DNA from: an uncultured Syntrophaceae bacterium
GTDB taxonomy: Bacteria; Desulfobacterota; Syntrophia; Syntrophales; UBA2192
DNA length: 64,000 nt
Direction of reading: 5' to 3'
Assembly (NCBI GenBank): GCA_964547985.1
Contig: CAZJPV010000005.1
Location: 7,755-71,754 of the forward strand
In this document: piece after piece, positions 1 to 8,829 of the stretch
Numbering within the stretch: position 1 is the stretch's first letter
How the letters are laid out: each line of letters opens with the position of its first letter
Position numbers and translations under genes: made by a program
The notes under the pieces: model-generated
Seen by the model: only the letters and a program-made list of their open reading frames with translations
What the model was told of the DNA's origin: nothing
Database searches by the model: none

Positions 1-1407
1 CGGCGCCTCGCCCTTGTTGAAGTACCACCGGACCATCCCCTTGATGTCCTGGAGGTCCTTCAGGTTCGGGAAGAGCGAGTCGGGGCCGATCAGACGGCCG
101 AACCACCCCCTCTTACCCTCGCCCCTGGGGAAGAGGAACCGGAGGGATTCCAACGTGACATAGGCCATCCCGACGATCAGCAGGAAGGCCGCACTGCGGT
201 GTAAAAGCCCTGCCACATGCGCCCCACCCCAGAGTCGGGTGAGCGTCTCCGCCCACTCCGTGCCCGCATACTTCAGGGGGAACCCGGTCAGCACGAGCGT
301 AAAGAAGGACAGCACCAGCAGCACGTGCATGATCCGGTACTTGACGGAGAAGCGCTCCACCTGCTGGAGTCCCTCGCCCGTCGCGACCACGGAGGGCAGC
401 ACGATCCCTTCTATCTCCATGCGGTGGTGTTCCCAGTAGACCTTCCGCCACCACAGGACAGTATGTAACCAGAAAAAGGCGAGCGTCCCGACGAGAAGCC
501 CCCCCATGAGGAGGAACGTGAAGTACAAGGCAGGATACTTGGCCCGGTCTGTGTAATCCGGGTGGGCCTGGTAGCTCAGGAAACGGGGGTGGAAGCCCGT
601 GTGACAACGCCCGCAGTTCGCCTTCAGGTTGTCGGGGTGAATGCTCGAACGGGAATCTTTCTTCGGCAGGATGTTGTGCTTGGTGTGGCAGTCGCCGCAG
701 CCGGCCACCGGCGCCGGGTAGCCCAGTTCCTGGACCTTCCCGTGGTAGGTGCCCTCGTAGTAGGCGACCATCCTGTCGGAGAGGTTGTTTCGCTTCATCA
801 TGGCGCTGTCGGCATGGCAGTGCTTGCATTTCTGGGTGTAGAACTCCCGCGCCTCGGCCGGGTATTGTTCGAGCGAGATGTGGAACACGCGGGTGCTGTG
901 AAGGCTGTGGCAGTCGGAGCAGTCGGCGGCATCCTGGTTGCCCTTCAGGACGGCCTCGCCGTGGCCCGAGGCCGTGTAGTCCGGGTTGCCGTGGCACTCG
1001 GTGCACTTTTCGATGATGGCGATCTTGACGTTCTTGTTCTCGACCTTCCTGATCGCGTGAATGTTCAGGTGGCAGTCACTGCAGCGGAAGTCTTCCTGAA
1101 TGTAGTGGAAGTTGTTCTGGTATTCCTTCCCGATTTCCTGGTGGCAGCTCCCGCAATTGACGGGGGCGGGCTTTTCCTTGCCGTCGCGGTGATTCTCGAT
1201 GTTTGTGATCCCCACATGGCAACTTGTGCAGCCGTTGCTGGCGTGAATGGAATGATTGAAATCAAACCGGTAGAGCGGCTCGTCGTGGCAGAACCGGCAG
1301 TCCTGGGTTGCCCGGGCCTGGCCCGTCTGCAGGATGGCGAGACCCGCCGCCAGCACAATCAACCCCGCCAGGAGCACGCCTGACCGTCTCGCCTTGATGA
1401 ACTTCAT
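1..1407 (-). CDS. CbcL-like inner-membrane cytochrome: N-terminal nonaheme c-type domain fused to a C-terminal b-type (FdnI/HydC-like) membrane domain; 3' end runs off the window start
   Basis: Absent from the ORF track because it has no stop inside the window. The reverse frame from ATG 1407-1405 reads MKFIKARRSGVLLAGLIVLAAGLAILQ. Nine CxxCH motifs follow (CRFCH, CTSCH, CGSCH, CSDCH, CTECH, CSDCH, CKHCH, CGDCH, CGRCH; e.g. plus-strand gtggcagtcgccgca 685-699 = CGDCH). Then come His-containing hydrophobic helices (YFTFLLMGGLLVGTLAFFWLH, IMHVLLVLSFFTLVLTGF, VAGLLHRSAAFLLIVGMAYV). Listed ORFs 113..1006(-) and 562..1383(+) are Arg/Pro/Gly-rich shadow frames. Confidence 0.85.
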   Translation of the reverse strand, partial: MKFIKARRSGVLLAGLIVLAAGLAILQTGQARATQDCRFCHDEPLYRFDFNHSIHASNGCTSCHVGITNIENHRDGKEKPAPVNCGSCHQEIGKEYQNNFHYIQEDFRCSDCHLNIHAIRKVENKNVKIAIIEKCTECHGNPDYTASGHGEAVLKGNQDAADCSDCHSLHSTRVFHISLEQYPAEAREFYTQKCKHCHADSAMMKRNNLSDRMVAYYEGTYHGKVQELGYPAPVAGCGDCHTKHNILPKKDSRSSIHPDNLKANCGRCHTGFHPRFLSYQAHPDYTDRAKYPALYFTFLLMGGLLVGTLAFFWLHTVLWWRKVYWEHHRMEIEGIVLPSVVATGEGLQQVERFSVKYRIMHVLLVLSFFTLVLTGFPLKYAGTEWAETLTRLWGGAHVAGLLHRSAAFLLIVGMAYVTLESLRFLFPRGEGKRGWFGRLIGPDSLFPNLKDLQDIKGMVRWYFNKGEAP

Positions 1408-1438
1408 TCGTCTGCAACCTTCCATCCGAAATATCGAC

Positions 1439-2212
1439 CTATCCGTTCTTCCCCTGTATTTCCGCCCAGCCCTGCATCCCCTTGAAGAGCCTCATGACCC
1501 TGTAGCCCTTCGTTTCCAGGTAACTGCCCGCCAGGAAGGTCCGAAAGCCCCGGTCGTCGATGAGGACCACCGTGCGGTCCAACGGCATCTCGGCATAGCG
1601 GCGACTGAGGCGGTACAGCGGGATATTCACTGTGCCCTCGATGTGGCCCTCCTTGTAAGACTTCTCCGAGCGGACATCGACAAGGAGGATGTCGTCTCGC
1701 TCGACGAGCATCTGCTGCAGGGTCAATGCCCTCACGGCCGGGATCGAACCCCGCGGGATCCGCTCGATGCTTTCCATGGAATACCCTGCCTGCTTCCAGG
1801 CAGGCATTCCCCCGTTTAGAACGTGTACTTTACGGTAGCCGTATTGGATAGCTGCGCCGGCTGCCCGGCAGCTCCGGTAGCATCCCGCGCTTTCGCAGTA
1901 TAAGACGATGACCTGGTCCTTGTCGGCCGGGAGGACCGAGGGGCTTCTCTCGATCTCCTCGCAGGCCACGCACTGCGTGCCGGGGATGCGGTGATCGAGG
2001 CACTCGATCTCGCTCATCGTGTTGATCACGCTGATGTTCTTTCCCGCGGCCATCATGGCTTTGAGCGTCGGGGCGTCGATAACCTTCCAGGGCGGCGGTG
2101 CTTCCTGGGTCTTTCCGCAGGCCCAAAGTGCGGCAAGAAGGACAAACACTGCGGCGGACATGATCCACCCCGTGCGTCTTTTCGTGTCATGCTTCCGTTC
2201 CTTACGCGTCAT
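1439..2212 (-). CDS. Tandem-rhodanese-domain lipoprotein (domain 1 with Cys loop LYCESAGCYRS, domain 2 with Asp in place of Cys)
   Basis: 257-aa ORF with signal plus lipobox (LLAALWAC). It has two rhodanese-like halves ending in GGMPAWKQAGY and KGMQGWAE. GGAGG lies upstream of the ATG. Confidence 0.85.
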   Translation of the reverse strand: MTRKERKHDTKRRTGWIMSAAVFVLLAALWACGKTQEAPPPWKVIDAPTLKAMMAAGKNISVINTMSEIECLDHRIPGTQCVACEEIERSPSVLPADKDQVIVLYCESAGCYRSCRAAGAAIQYGYRKVHVLNGGMPAWKQAGYSMESIERIPRGSIPAVRALTLQQMLVERDDILLVDVRSEKSYKEGHIEGTVNIPLYRLSRRYAEMPLDRTVVLIDDRGFRTFLAGSYLETKGYRVMRLFKGMQGWAEIQGKNG

Positions 2213-2277
2213 CCTTCAACGCCTCCCCTTTAAAAATTAAGCCCTGAAAATTTAACTCGGTCCCCTGACCCCTGTTT

Positions 2278-4290
2278 TTACTCGCTCGCCGGCACCCCGG
2301 TGAACCCCCAATCCGCCATCTGGGGCTCCGCGACGGGCTCCTTCGGTATCGGGTAGCTGTCCTTGAGGAATTTTCCGACGCCCCGTACCTTGAGTTTCGT
2401 GAAGAAGGGCGCATTGTCGTCATGGCAGTCCTTGCATCCTTCGGGCTTTCCTTTCTGCCCCAGGGTCTTCTTGACCGACACGGGCAGGTTGCCGTGGTAG
2501 ATGGGATGCATCACAGCCTGTGTCAATGCCGGTGCAGGGCGGCCTTGGACCTTGTCCTTCTTGAGTTCATAGAGCTGGTCGGCCACGAAAACGACGTTCC
2601 GGAATCCCATGTCGGTCAGGGCCCGGATCATGAGGCGGATGTCCTCCTCGGTGGCCACTGTCGTCTGTTTTACCTTCTCGCCGGCGTGGGTGACGACCTC
2701 GACCGTCGTCAGCTTCCGGCCCGCGGCGGCGTTGCGCACATGCTCCAGGCCGATGGGCCTCACGATGCCCTCGGAGAGCATCTCGCCGAACCACTGCCTG
2801 ACTTTGGGTATGGACGGGACGTAACGCTCGCCGTTCCCTTTGACGCGCTCGTGGCGGTCCGTCCAGGGCTTCCAGAGCTCCGATGCGAACTGTTTCAGTT
2901 CATCCGGGCGGGTGACCAGGGCGGCCTTGTCCGTCGAGTACCAGGCGGGCCGTCCCGCGCTGTGGTCCACGAGATAGACGCTGCGGGTCTTCCGCTCCGA
3001 GGCGTGGCAGGCCGTGCAGTGAAGCAGGTAGAAATGGAAGGTTGCCTTGTGGAAGAGCGAGCGGTGGATATTGTCGGGGTTCTTGACCTCTTTCGGCATG
3101 CCGGGCCGGGTCGGCCTGTACTGCCCCTCGAGGTGGCAGGCCGCGCAGGTTTTCATCCCCGCGCCGTCGAGATCGTTGCGGGCCGTGGCCGTGGGTGACC
3201 AGCCCTTGCCGATGTGGTGCCGGAGACGCTCGGCCTGTGTCCTGCCGGCCAGGGTGTGGCAGTCGGTGCAGCGAAGTCCCGCCTTGAGATGGAGGTCTCC
3301 CGCGGGCAGGTAGAGGGTGCCCGACTTGCGGCTGTCCATATCGCGGTGGCACTGCGTGCAGCTGTCCGTCTCGACGGATTTGCTGATCAGGGTGTTTCCC
3401 CTGAACTTCCCCTCAAGCGTGAAGATCTTCCGGTCCTCCCAGGCGTACCGGACGGCCGGCCGGGTCGAGAAATTCCACGACCCTCTGTCGTAGCCTTCGA
3501 CGTCGGGACCGGCATCGGGATTATGGAAGGTGAAGACAGCACCCCGGACCTCGCCCAGCCCCGCGCCCGCGGTGGCGGCCCAGCGGTAGTTGCGGAGGCT
3601 CAGCTGACGGTTTCTCCGGTCGAGGCGATAGCCTCTCAGGTGGCACATGAGGCAGTCGCCCTCGATGACCCCGCTCGCCCGAAAATAGCTTCGTCCGTCG
3701 GGGGTGTAGCGGGAGGAGTAATCCCCGTCCAGGGGCAGGGGCCTCAGAGGCTCGCCATGGGTAAGGGTTTTCGAGAGATCACGCCTGCCGTCGGCTTTTC
3801 TGCCGAATTCCATGGGACCCCCGCCGGGATGGGTCCAGCCGGGTGCTGTGGAAATAACCTGGCCCTTGCTGCCGATCTTGCCGCCGGCGGTGATCCAGTC
3901 GTAGGTGGAAAGACCCATGTTGCGGGCAACGGCGTTTTTCTTCGCGGCGACCCGCCCGGTGAAGGTGCCCGGATCCCCTCCCTTGCCGAAGCTGCCGGGG
4001 GAGAGGATCCAGGGGCGTTTCGGGTCGTAGCCGCCTTTCATCTCGTCGAAACCCTGCTGGAAGTGCGTGCCCGACGTGATGGTCATGTATCCGTGGCAGG
4101 TCCCGCAGGTCTTGCGGGGTGAATAGGGGTCGGTGCTGTTTCTCGTGGGGGTGATGCGCTGCCCGTGCTCGTTCTTGAGCCAGATGTCCTCGTGCTTCCA
4201 GTCCGGCGCTCGCGCGGCATCGAGCGAAAGCGGCACGATCAGGACCAGAAGAAGGAGGATACAGGCTTTCTTGAACCGGCTCATGAGCAT
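2278..4290 (-). CDS. Secreted heptaheme c-type cytochrome with large non-heme regions (about 670 aa)
   Basis: Seven CxxCH motifs (CGTCH, CLMCH, CTQCH, CTDCH, CAACH, CTACH, CKDCH). Signal peptide MLMSRFKKACILLLLVLIVPLSLDAARA. The track start at 4341 is a TTG just after a terminator hairpin, so ATG 4290 (or 4284) is preferred. Confidence 0.85.
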   Translation of the reverse strand: MLMSRFKKACILLLLVLIVPLSLDAARAPDWKHEDIWLKNEHGQRITPTRNSTDPYSPRKTCGTCHGYMTITSGTHFQQGFDEMKGGYDPKRPWILSPGSFGKGGDPGTFTGRVAAKKNAVARNMGLSTYDWITAGGKIGSKGQVISTAPGWTHPGGGPMEFGRKADGRRDLSKTLTHGEPLRPLPLDGDYSSRYTPDGRSYFRASGVIEGDCLMCHLRGYRLDRRNRQLSLRNYRWAATAGAGLGEVRGAVFTFHNPDAGPDVEGYDRGSWNFSTRPAVRYAWEDRKIFTLEGKFRGNTLISKSVETDSCTQCHRDMDSRKSGTLYLPAGDLHLKAGLRCTDCHTLAGRTQAERLRHHIGKGWSPTATARNDLDGAGMKTCAACHLEGQYRPTRPGMPKEVKNPDNIHRSLFHKATFHFYLLHCTACHASERKTRSVYLVDHSAGRPAWYSTDKAALVTRPDELKQFASELWKPWTDRHERVKGNGERYVPSIPKVRQWFGEMLSEGIVRPIGLEHVRNAAAGRKLTTVEVVTHAGEKVKQTTVATEEDIRLMIRALTDMGFRNVVFVADQLYELKKDKVQGRPAPALTQAVMHPIYHGNLPVSVKKTLGQKGKPEGCKDCHDDNAPFFTKLKVRGVGKFLKDSYPIPKEPVAEPQMADWGFTGVPASE

Positions 4291-4351
4291 TCCCGAAGTT
4301 GAGTGCAACAGGACGAAAATATTTCGGTTCAGATAAGGCAAGGCATCTTGT

Positions 4352-4380
4352 GAAAACCCGGCACCCCGGAGGGTGCCGGG
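4352..4380 (-). terminator. Rho-independent terminator or attenuator between the rhodanese and heptaheme genes
   Basis: Perfect 10-bp stem cccggcaccc/gggtgccggg (4357-4366 / 4371-4380) with a 4-nt loop. On the minus strand it is followed by TTTTC (4356-4352). Confidence 0.7.
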
Positions 4381-4406
4381 ATCTGATCAGAACAGGTCAA
4401 ACAGGC

Positions 4407-5291
4407 TCAGGGCTCTGAGGGTGCGTTGGGGTCCGCCAGCCACTCCATGGAGGAACCGTCATAGACCTTTACGTTTTTGTAGCCCAGCAGGTCGGCGAGG
4501 GCCAGCCACCAGGTCGTGCAGATCTTGCCGGTGTCGCAGTAGGTGATGATCTCGCGGTTGAGATCGGCGCCCGCGATGGGCTTGGCGATGGCCTCGATCT
4601 CCGCCTTGCTCTTGTAGGTGCCGTCCGCGTTGTAGAGCAGGCCGGGCGGCAGGTTCACGGCACCCTTGATGCGGCCCGTCCTGGGCACGAAGTCGAGCTT
4701 CTTCTCGCCCTTGTAGAACTCCGGTGCCCGGACATCGACGAGCAGGGCCTTGCCCAGGGCACCCGTGACGTAGGCCTTGTTCACGAGGAACTGCTTGTTG
4801 AACTTGCCCCGGTAGGTCTTTGCCCTGGGCTTCACGGCGTCCTTCGAGAGGGCCTTCTTTTCCGCGGCCCATTTTTCAATGCCTCCGCTCAGGACGGCCA
4901 CGTTCTCCACGCCGGCGTACCTCAGGGTCCAGGCGACCCGTGTCGCGTCCGTGCGCAACGGGATGGTCTCGTTCTTGGAGACCACGACGACGGCCGTGGT
5001 GGGCTCGATGCCCGCCGACGACAGGATGTCACGCAGGTCGTCATCGGACGGCAGCTCGTTGAGAAGAACACCCTTCTTGATGCCCCAGACGCCGTAAAAG
5101 ACGTTGATGGCCCCGGGGATGTGGCCGGCGCTGTACTCTTCCACCTTCCGGACATCGAGGACCGTAACCTTGGAGAGATTGGCCTGGAGCCACTCCGTGG
5201 TGACGATCGGTTCTCCCGCGAATGCCGCCGCCGGCAGCAGCAGAACAACGGCCAGCAGACCTACCATGACTTTCATTTTCGCTGTAACCAT
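4407..5291 (-). CDS. Periplasmic two-domain rhodanese / thiosulfate-sulfurtransferase-like protein
   Basis: 294 aa with signal peptide (VGLLAVVLLLPAAAFA). The N-terminal domain is inactive and the C-terminal domain carries an active-site Cys loop (ITYCDTGKICT). It ends in VYDGSSMEW. AGGAGG lies 6 nt before ATG 5291. Confidence 0.85.
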   Translation of the reverse strand: MVTAKMKVMVGLLAVVLLLPAAAFAGEPIVTTEWLQANLSKVTVLDVRKVEEYSAGHIPGAINVFYGVWGIKKGVLLNELPSDDDLRDILSSAGIEPTTAVVVVSKNETIPLRTDATRVAWTLRYAGVENVAVLSGGIEKWAAEKKALSKDAVKPRAKTYRGKFNKQFLVNKAYVTGALGKALLVDVRAPEFYKGEKKLDFVPRTGRIKGAVNLPPGLLYNADGTYKSKAEIEAIAKPIAGADLNREIITYCDTGKICTTWWLALADLLGYKNVKVYDGSSMEWLADPNAPSEP

Positions 5292-5307
5292 ACAAACCTC
5301 CTTTTAT

Positions 5308-6560
5308 TTATTTGTTGATGGGTATGGGCTTTGGTTTATTGATCAGCTCCAGGTTCACCCTTGAGCTGTCCTTCAGGAGGGTTTCCATGGTGAGGAATCC
5401 CTTCCTGTCTTCGTGACAGTTATCGCAGTTGCGGGTCCTTTCCGTCCGCTTCCGGATGTTGTGGATCGGGGCGTCCCAGTAGTTCGGGAGGGCGTCGAAG
5501 TTTGCCTGCTGGATTCCCGCGGGCTTGAAGGTGTCGCGCACCGTGGGGATGATGCGCAGGGTCGTGATGGTCCTGTGATTTCTCGGGCTCGTCCCCAGGA
5601 AGAAACCCGGCTTCGCCTCGGAGTGCCCGTTGTGGCAGTTGTAGCACTGCCGGTATTCGCCGGCCGAGTGGCAGCTGAAGCAGCTGGCCGTCTGACTGTG
5701 CTTGAGGTGGGCCACGCGGGCCGTCAGTTTCGCCTCCCTGCCGCGCTCGTGGCAGTCGGTACAGCGCGGCCGGTCGCGGACCTCCTCCTTGAGAGCGTAA
5801 TCCCTGCCGTCACCGTGGAGCTCGTCCATGGTGTGGCAGTCCATGCACAGCATGCCCTTCTGGTAGTGGACGTCGGCGTTTCCACCGTATTCGCCCGTGT
5901 ACTCGGGGTAGACGCGTCCGCCGTGACAGTAAGCGCAGGTCTTGCCCTCGTCTTTTCGCACGAACTTGTGTTTGTTGATGAGACCCAGGCTCACCCCGGC
6001 GATAGCCGGTGACTTCACGTGGCAGTCTCCGCAGGAGGCATGACAGGCGTTGCAGGACTTTCGGAAGACCGTATCGTCGAAGATTTTTGCCTCTTCGACG
6101 GACATCCTTTTGATCACGCGGTTGCGCTGGCCGATGGTCGTATAATGAAGGGATTTTTTATAGTTCGCGGCGACCTCCTCGTGGCACTCACCGCAGACGG
6201 CCAGGTCACTGGAGGGGCGCTTCACCATCCCCTGGTGGGCGGCGTCCTTGTCATCCGCCTTTTCGTTTCCCTTGTGACAGTACAGGCAGCCCTTCTCGAA
6301 GTGATGGTCCGTTTCGACGAGTTTATGTCGACGAGGAACGTCAGGTGGAAGGTCTCCGCCTTGACCGGCGGAGGCGCCCCTGCTCACCCCTCTGCCTCGC
6401 CCACGGGCATGACGAAGGGCTTGCAGGTCTTCTTGAGCATGGACTCGTCGGTGTGACAGGTCACGCAGCTGCTGGGGTTATTGGCGGTGCTCGACACGGC
6501 CACGAACAGGCACCAGGACAGGAGACCAGCGATGACCGGAATGATGAGCCGTGCCTTCAT
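5308..6560 (-). CDS. Undecaheme c-type cytochrome, interrupted: signal peptide plus heme 1 (6387-6560), in-frame TGA at 6384-6386, then a frame change before heme 2; candidate selenoprotein, recoded gene or pseudogene
   Basis: ORF 5308..6387 has 10 CxxCH motifs but no signal peptide. An unlisted 58-codon ORF from ATG 6560 (MKARLIIPVIAGLLSWCLFVAVSS...CVTCH...GEAEG) supplies the signal peptide and an 11th heme motif, and stops at TGA. See findings for frame and GC3 details. Confidence 0.7.
6354..6373 (-). promoter_or_regulatory. SECIS-like hairpin (or frameshift-stimulating stem-loop) 17 nt downstream of the in-frame TGA
   Basis: On the minus strand: CTCCGCC GGTCAA GGCGGAG. This is a perfect 7-bp stem with a 6-nt loop starting GGUC. 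Confidence 0.45.
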
Positions 6561-6652
6561 GCGTCCTCATGCAGGAAAAAATTTGTGCCTATTTCAGCGT
6601 AGAAGAAAGATTTTTCAACCACCCGGGGTCGGTGGACCAGGGGTTCGCCTTG

Positions 6653-7204
6653 CTACATTTTCTTCACGCTCAGGTTGACGGTGCCCGTGTTCGAGGTGCC
6701 GGAAAGGGGCTTTCCCTTTGCGTCCGTGAGGGGTTTGTCTTCCAGCGTAGTCAGGGTGGCCGTCACGGATTTCTGCCCCGATTCGTCATAGCGGACCATG
6801 AAGGTCCGCACCCATTTTTCTCCGGGCTTGATCGCCTGGACCCGGTAGAACCGGGGCTCCGACTTTCTACCCGAGTCCACGTATTTGAGCCGGATGGGCT
6901 CGGATTTTTCCCTGCCGCAGTTCTCCACGGTCACGATGACGTTAATCCGCTTGCCGGGCCGCATCACGTGCGGACCCGGTCCCTCCAGGTTCAGTTTCTT
7001 TTCACTCTCCTGTATGAAGAATGGTCCGACCTTGACCTTGAGCTTGTTGCTCTCGGGACCCTCCCCGGCAGCGATAACATGTGCGACCATACCGAAGAGA
7101 AAGACCCCGGCCAGCATCAAGACGAGAAGAACTCTTCGCAAGACGCCTCTCCCGGGTGCGAGGTTTGTGGTCATCAATTTACAGAAAATGGTCGGGTTAG
7201 TCAA
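6653..7204 (-). CDS. Secreted or membrane-anchored hypothetical protein, beta-rich (Ig/CARDB-like guess)
   Basis: 183-aa ORF with an N-terminal hydrophobic anchor (VLLVLMLAGVFLFGMVAHVIAA). It is the first gene of the co-directional cytochrome/rhodanese block. No diagnostic motif was found. Confidence 0.55.
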   Translation of the reverse strand: MTNPTIFCKLMTTNLAPGRGVLRRVLLVLMLAGVFLFGMVAHVIAAGEGPESNKLKVKVGPFFIQESEKKLNLEGPGPHVMRPGKRINVIVTVENCGREKSEPIRLKYVDSGRKSEPRFYRVQAIKPGEKWVRTFMVRYDESGQKSVTATLTTLEDKPLTDAKGKPLSGTSNTGTVNLSVKKM

Positions 7205-7242
7205 TAGTATGATAATAGTGTTTCATCCCTTTTCATCGTCGG

Positions 7243-8094
7243 TTATGCCTTTGCCCAGCATTCGATCGCCTTCGGCGCCAGGGCGCGCCCCTGTTCATAG
7301 CCTTCCTGAAGGGCGCGACGGTTCTGGCTGAACCTTGAGACGCGGAAGTTCTGAGGCGGGCATATTTCAATGACTGACACGCCCTCCGGCGGTTTTCGGA
7401 TGAGGGCTACCGATTCATTGTAACGCTGTGCCCGTTTTGCCATCGTCTCCTGCAGCATGGGGCAGCGCCTTATATACCAGCGCATGATGAGTTCAAAGGG
7501 GCCGTTTCGCTTCAGGTAATCTCGGTGCTGCGAACGGATAACCATTATGCGGCGGGCGCCGCGCCGGATGGCCTCACTGACGGGGAGGGAGTCGGCCACG
7601 CCCCCGTCCGTCATCGGACGACCGTCGACGAAGGGGTAACCCCTGTAAAAGAGCGGTATGGAGCTGGAAGCCTTCAGGACGTGCTCGAGATCGCCGGCGC
7701 TCGTAAGCTTGTAGATTGCTTCTCCCGTCTGCACGTCGGTCAGAACCGCTATAAAGGGTTTCCCCCTGGAATAAATCGTTGCAAGGTCAAGACGGATTTC
7801 CCTGATGGTGGTCTCCCAGAGCCAGTCGAGGTCCATGAGGTGGCCGCCGCGGAGAAACCTGGGTATGCTGAGAAACTGCGGTTGCAGGGAGTAGTCCAGG
7901 TAGATCTTCCTGTTTCGCCCGATCATTTCGGCGAGATACGCCGCAAGGTTGGAGGCGCCCGATGAGACGCCGAAGAAAAGGTCGAAAGGGTTGAATCGCG
8001 CTTCCAGAAAGCCGTCCAGAAGCCCCGTGGAGAAGACCCCCCTGAGCGCGCCCCCTTCGACTACAAGAGCTGTGTTGGGTGATGGATGACTCAA
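7243..8094 (-). CDS. Patatin-like phospholipase
   Basis: Oxyanion GGALRG, nucleophile elbow GVSSG and catalytic MTDGG (Asp-Gly-Gly) motifs occur in canonical order. Confidence 0.9.
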   Translation of the reverse strand: MSHPSPNTALVVEGGALRGVFSTGLLDGFLEARFNPFDLFFGVSSGASNLAAYLAEMIGRNRKIYLDYSLQPQFLSIPRFLRGGHLMDLDWLWETTIREIRLDLATIYSRGKPFIAVLTDVQTGEAIYKLTSAGDLEHVLKASSSIPLFYRGYPFVDGRPMTDGGVADSLPVSEAIRRGARRIMVIRSQHRDYLKRNGPFELIMRWYIRRCPMLQETMAKRAQRYNESVALIRKPPEGVSVIEICPPQNFRVSRFSQNRRALQEGYEQGRALAPKAIECWAKA

Positions 8095-8350
8095 TTGCCC
8101 GGCTCCAGGACATCCAGGGCCACCATGTGGCGGACCTCAGTCACAATGATGTGTCTTTTATCACATTTTGAGCCGGGATGCCTTTGAAAGGGGCCGTCAA
8201 TGCCACCCTCTTATGACCCGCCGAAATCCATTGGCTTTTCGCCGTAATCCCTGATAAATAGACCCAAATCAATCATCTGCCCGGCAGTGAAGAGAGACGC
8301 GCGGATATTCGGCTGCCGGAGCAAAAAAGCGAAATGGAGAGGGGTAGAGT

Positions 8351-8782
8351 ATGGGATCGAAACAGAAAAAGACGCAACTGGGGCGGAAGGAATATTTCGA
8401 ACGGAAGCTGAAAGAGCGCCTGTCTTTCCTGTCTGAGAAGAAGACCGAACCTGCTGAAATCGAGAAGGACCCCCGTGCCAAGAACCTGCGCGCCAATATC
8501 CGGGCCGTTGATGCAAGACTGCAGGCGATAGCCAAGATCGAACAGCGGACGGCGGAAATGGCGAAGGCCAAGACGGAAAAGGCCGCGGCCGCCCTGAAGG
8601 CCAAGGAAGCAGGCGAAGAAAAGGAGAAGAAAGAAAAGGGAAAGGAAAAGAAGGAGAAGGGAGCAGAAAAGAAAGAAAAGAAAGAGAAGAAGGAGAAGGA
8701 GCCCAAGGCCCCGGAAGAAGGGAAGGAACAAAAGAAAAAGGAAAAGAAAGAGGTAAAGGAAGAAAAGGGGGAAAAGGAATAA
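8351..8782 (+). CDS. Lys/Glu-rich low-complexity protein (structured N-terminal half, KEKKEK tail)
   Basis: 143-aa ORF. The GAA/AAG-rich DNA generates F/S/L-rich antisense shadow ORFs (8269..8731). Confidence 0.55.
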   Translation: MGSKQKKTQLGRKEYFERKLKERLSFLSEKKTEPAEIEKDPRAKNLRANIRAVDARLQAIAKIEQRTAEMAKAKTEKAAAALKAKEAGEEKEKKEKGKEKKEKGAEKKEKKEKKEKEPKAPEEGKEQKKKEKKEVKEEKGEKE

Positions 8783-8829
8783 CCCGAGTCTAACTGGCGG
8801 ACCGCTTTGAATTTTGAGCTTTAAAGTAT

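Noticed and set aside
113-1383. Long ORFs 113..1006(-), 562..1383(+) and 1065..1358(-) in the track
   Set aside because: Their translations are Arg/Pro/Gly-rich with no motifs. The third minus frame carries nine CxxCH motifs plus TM helices and is the real gene. These ORFs are frame shadows typical of GC-rich DNA. The same reasoning applies to most other overlapping track ORFs across the window.
8269-8731. Periodic AAG/GAA-rich DNA that could be mistaken for a repeat array or CRISPR, plus F/S/L-rich antisense ORFs
   Set aside because: There is no repeat-spacer architecture. The periodicity is codon-level low complexity (KEKKEK) of the plus-strand ORF 8351..8782. The antisense ORFs are shadows.
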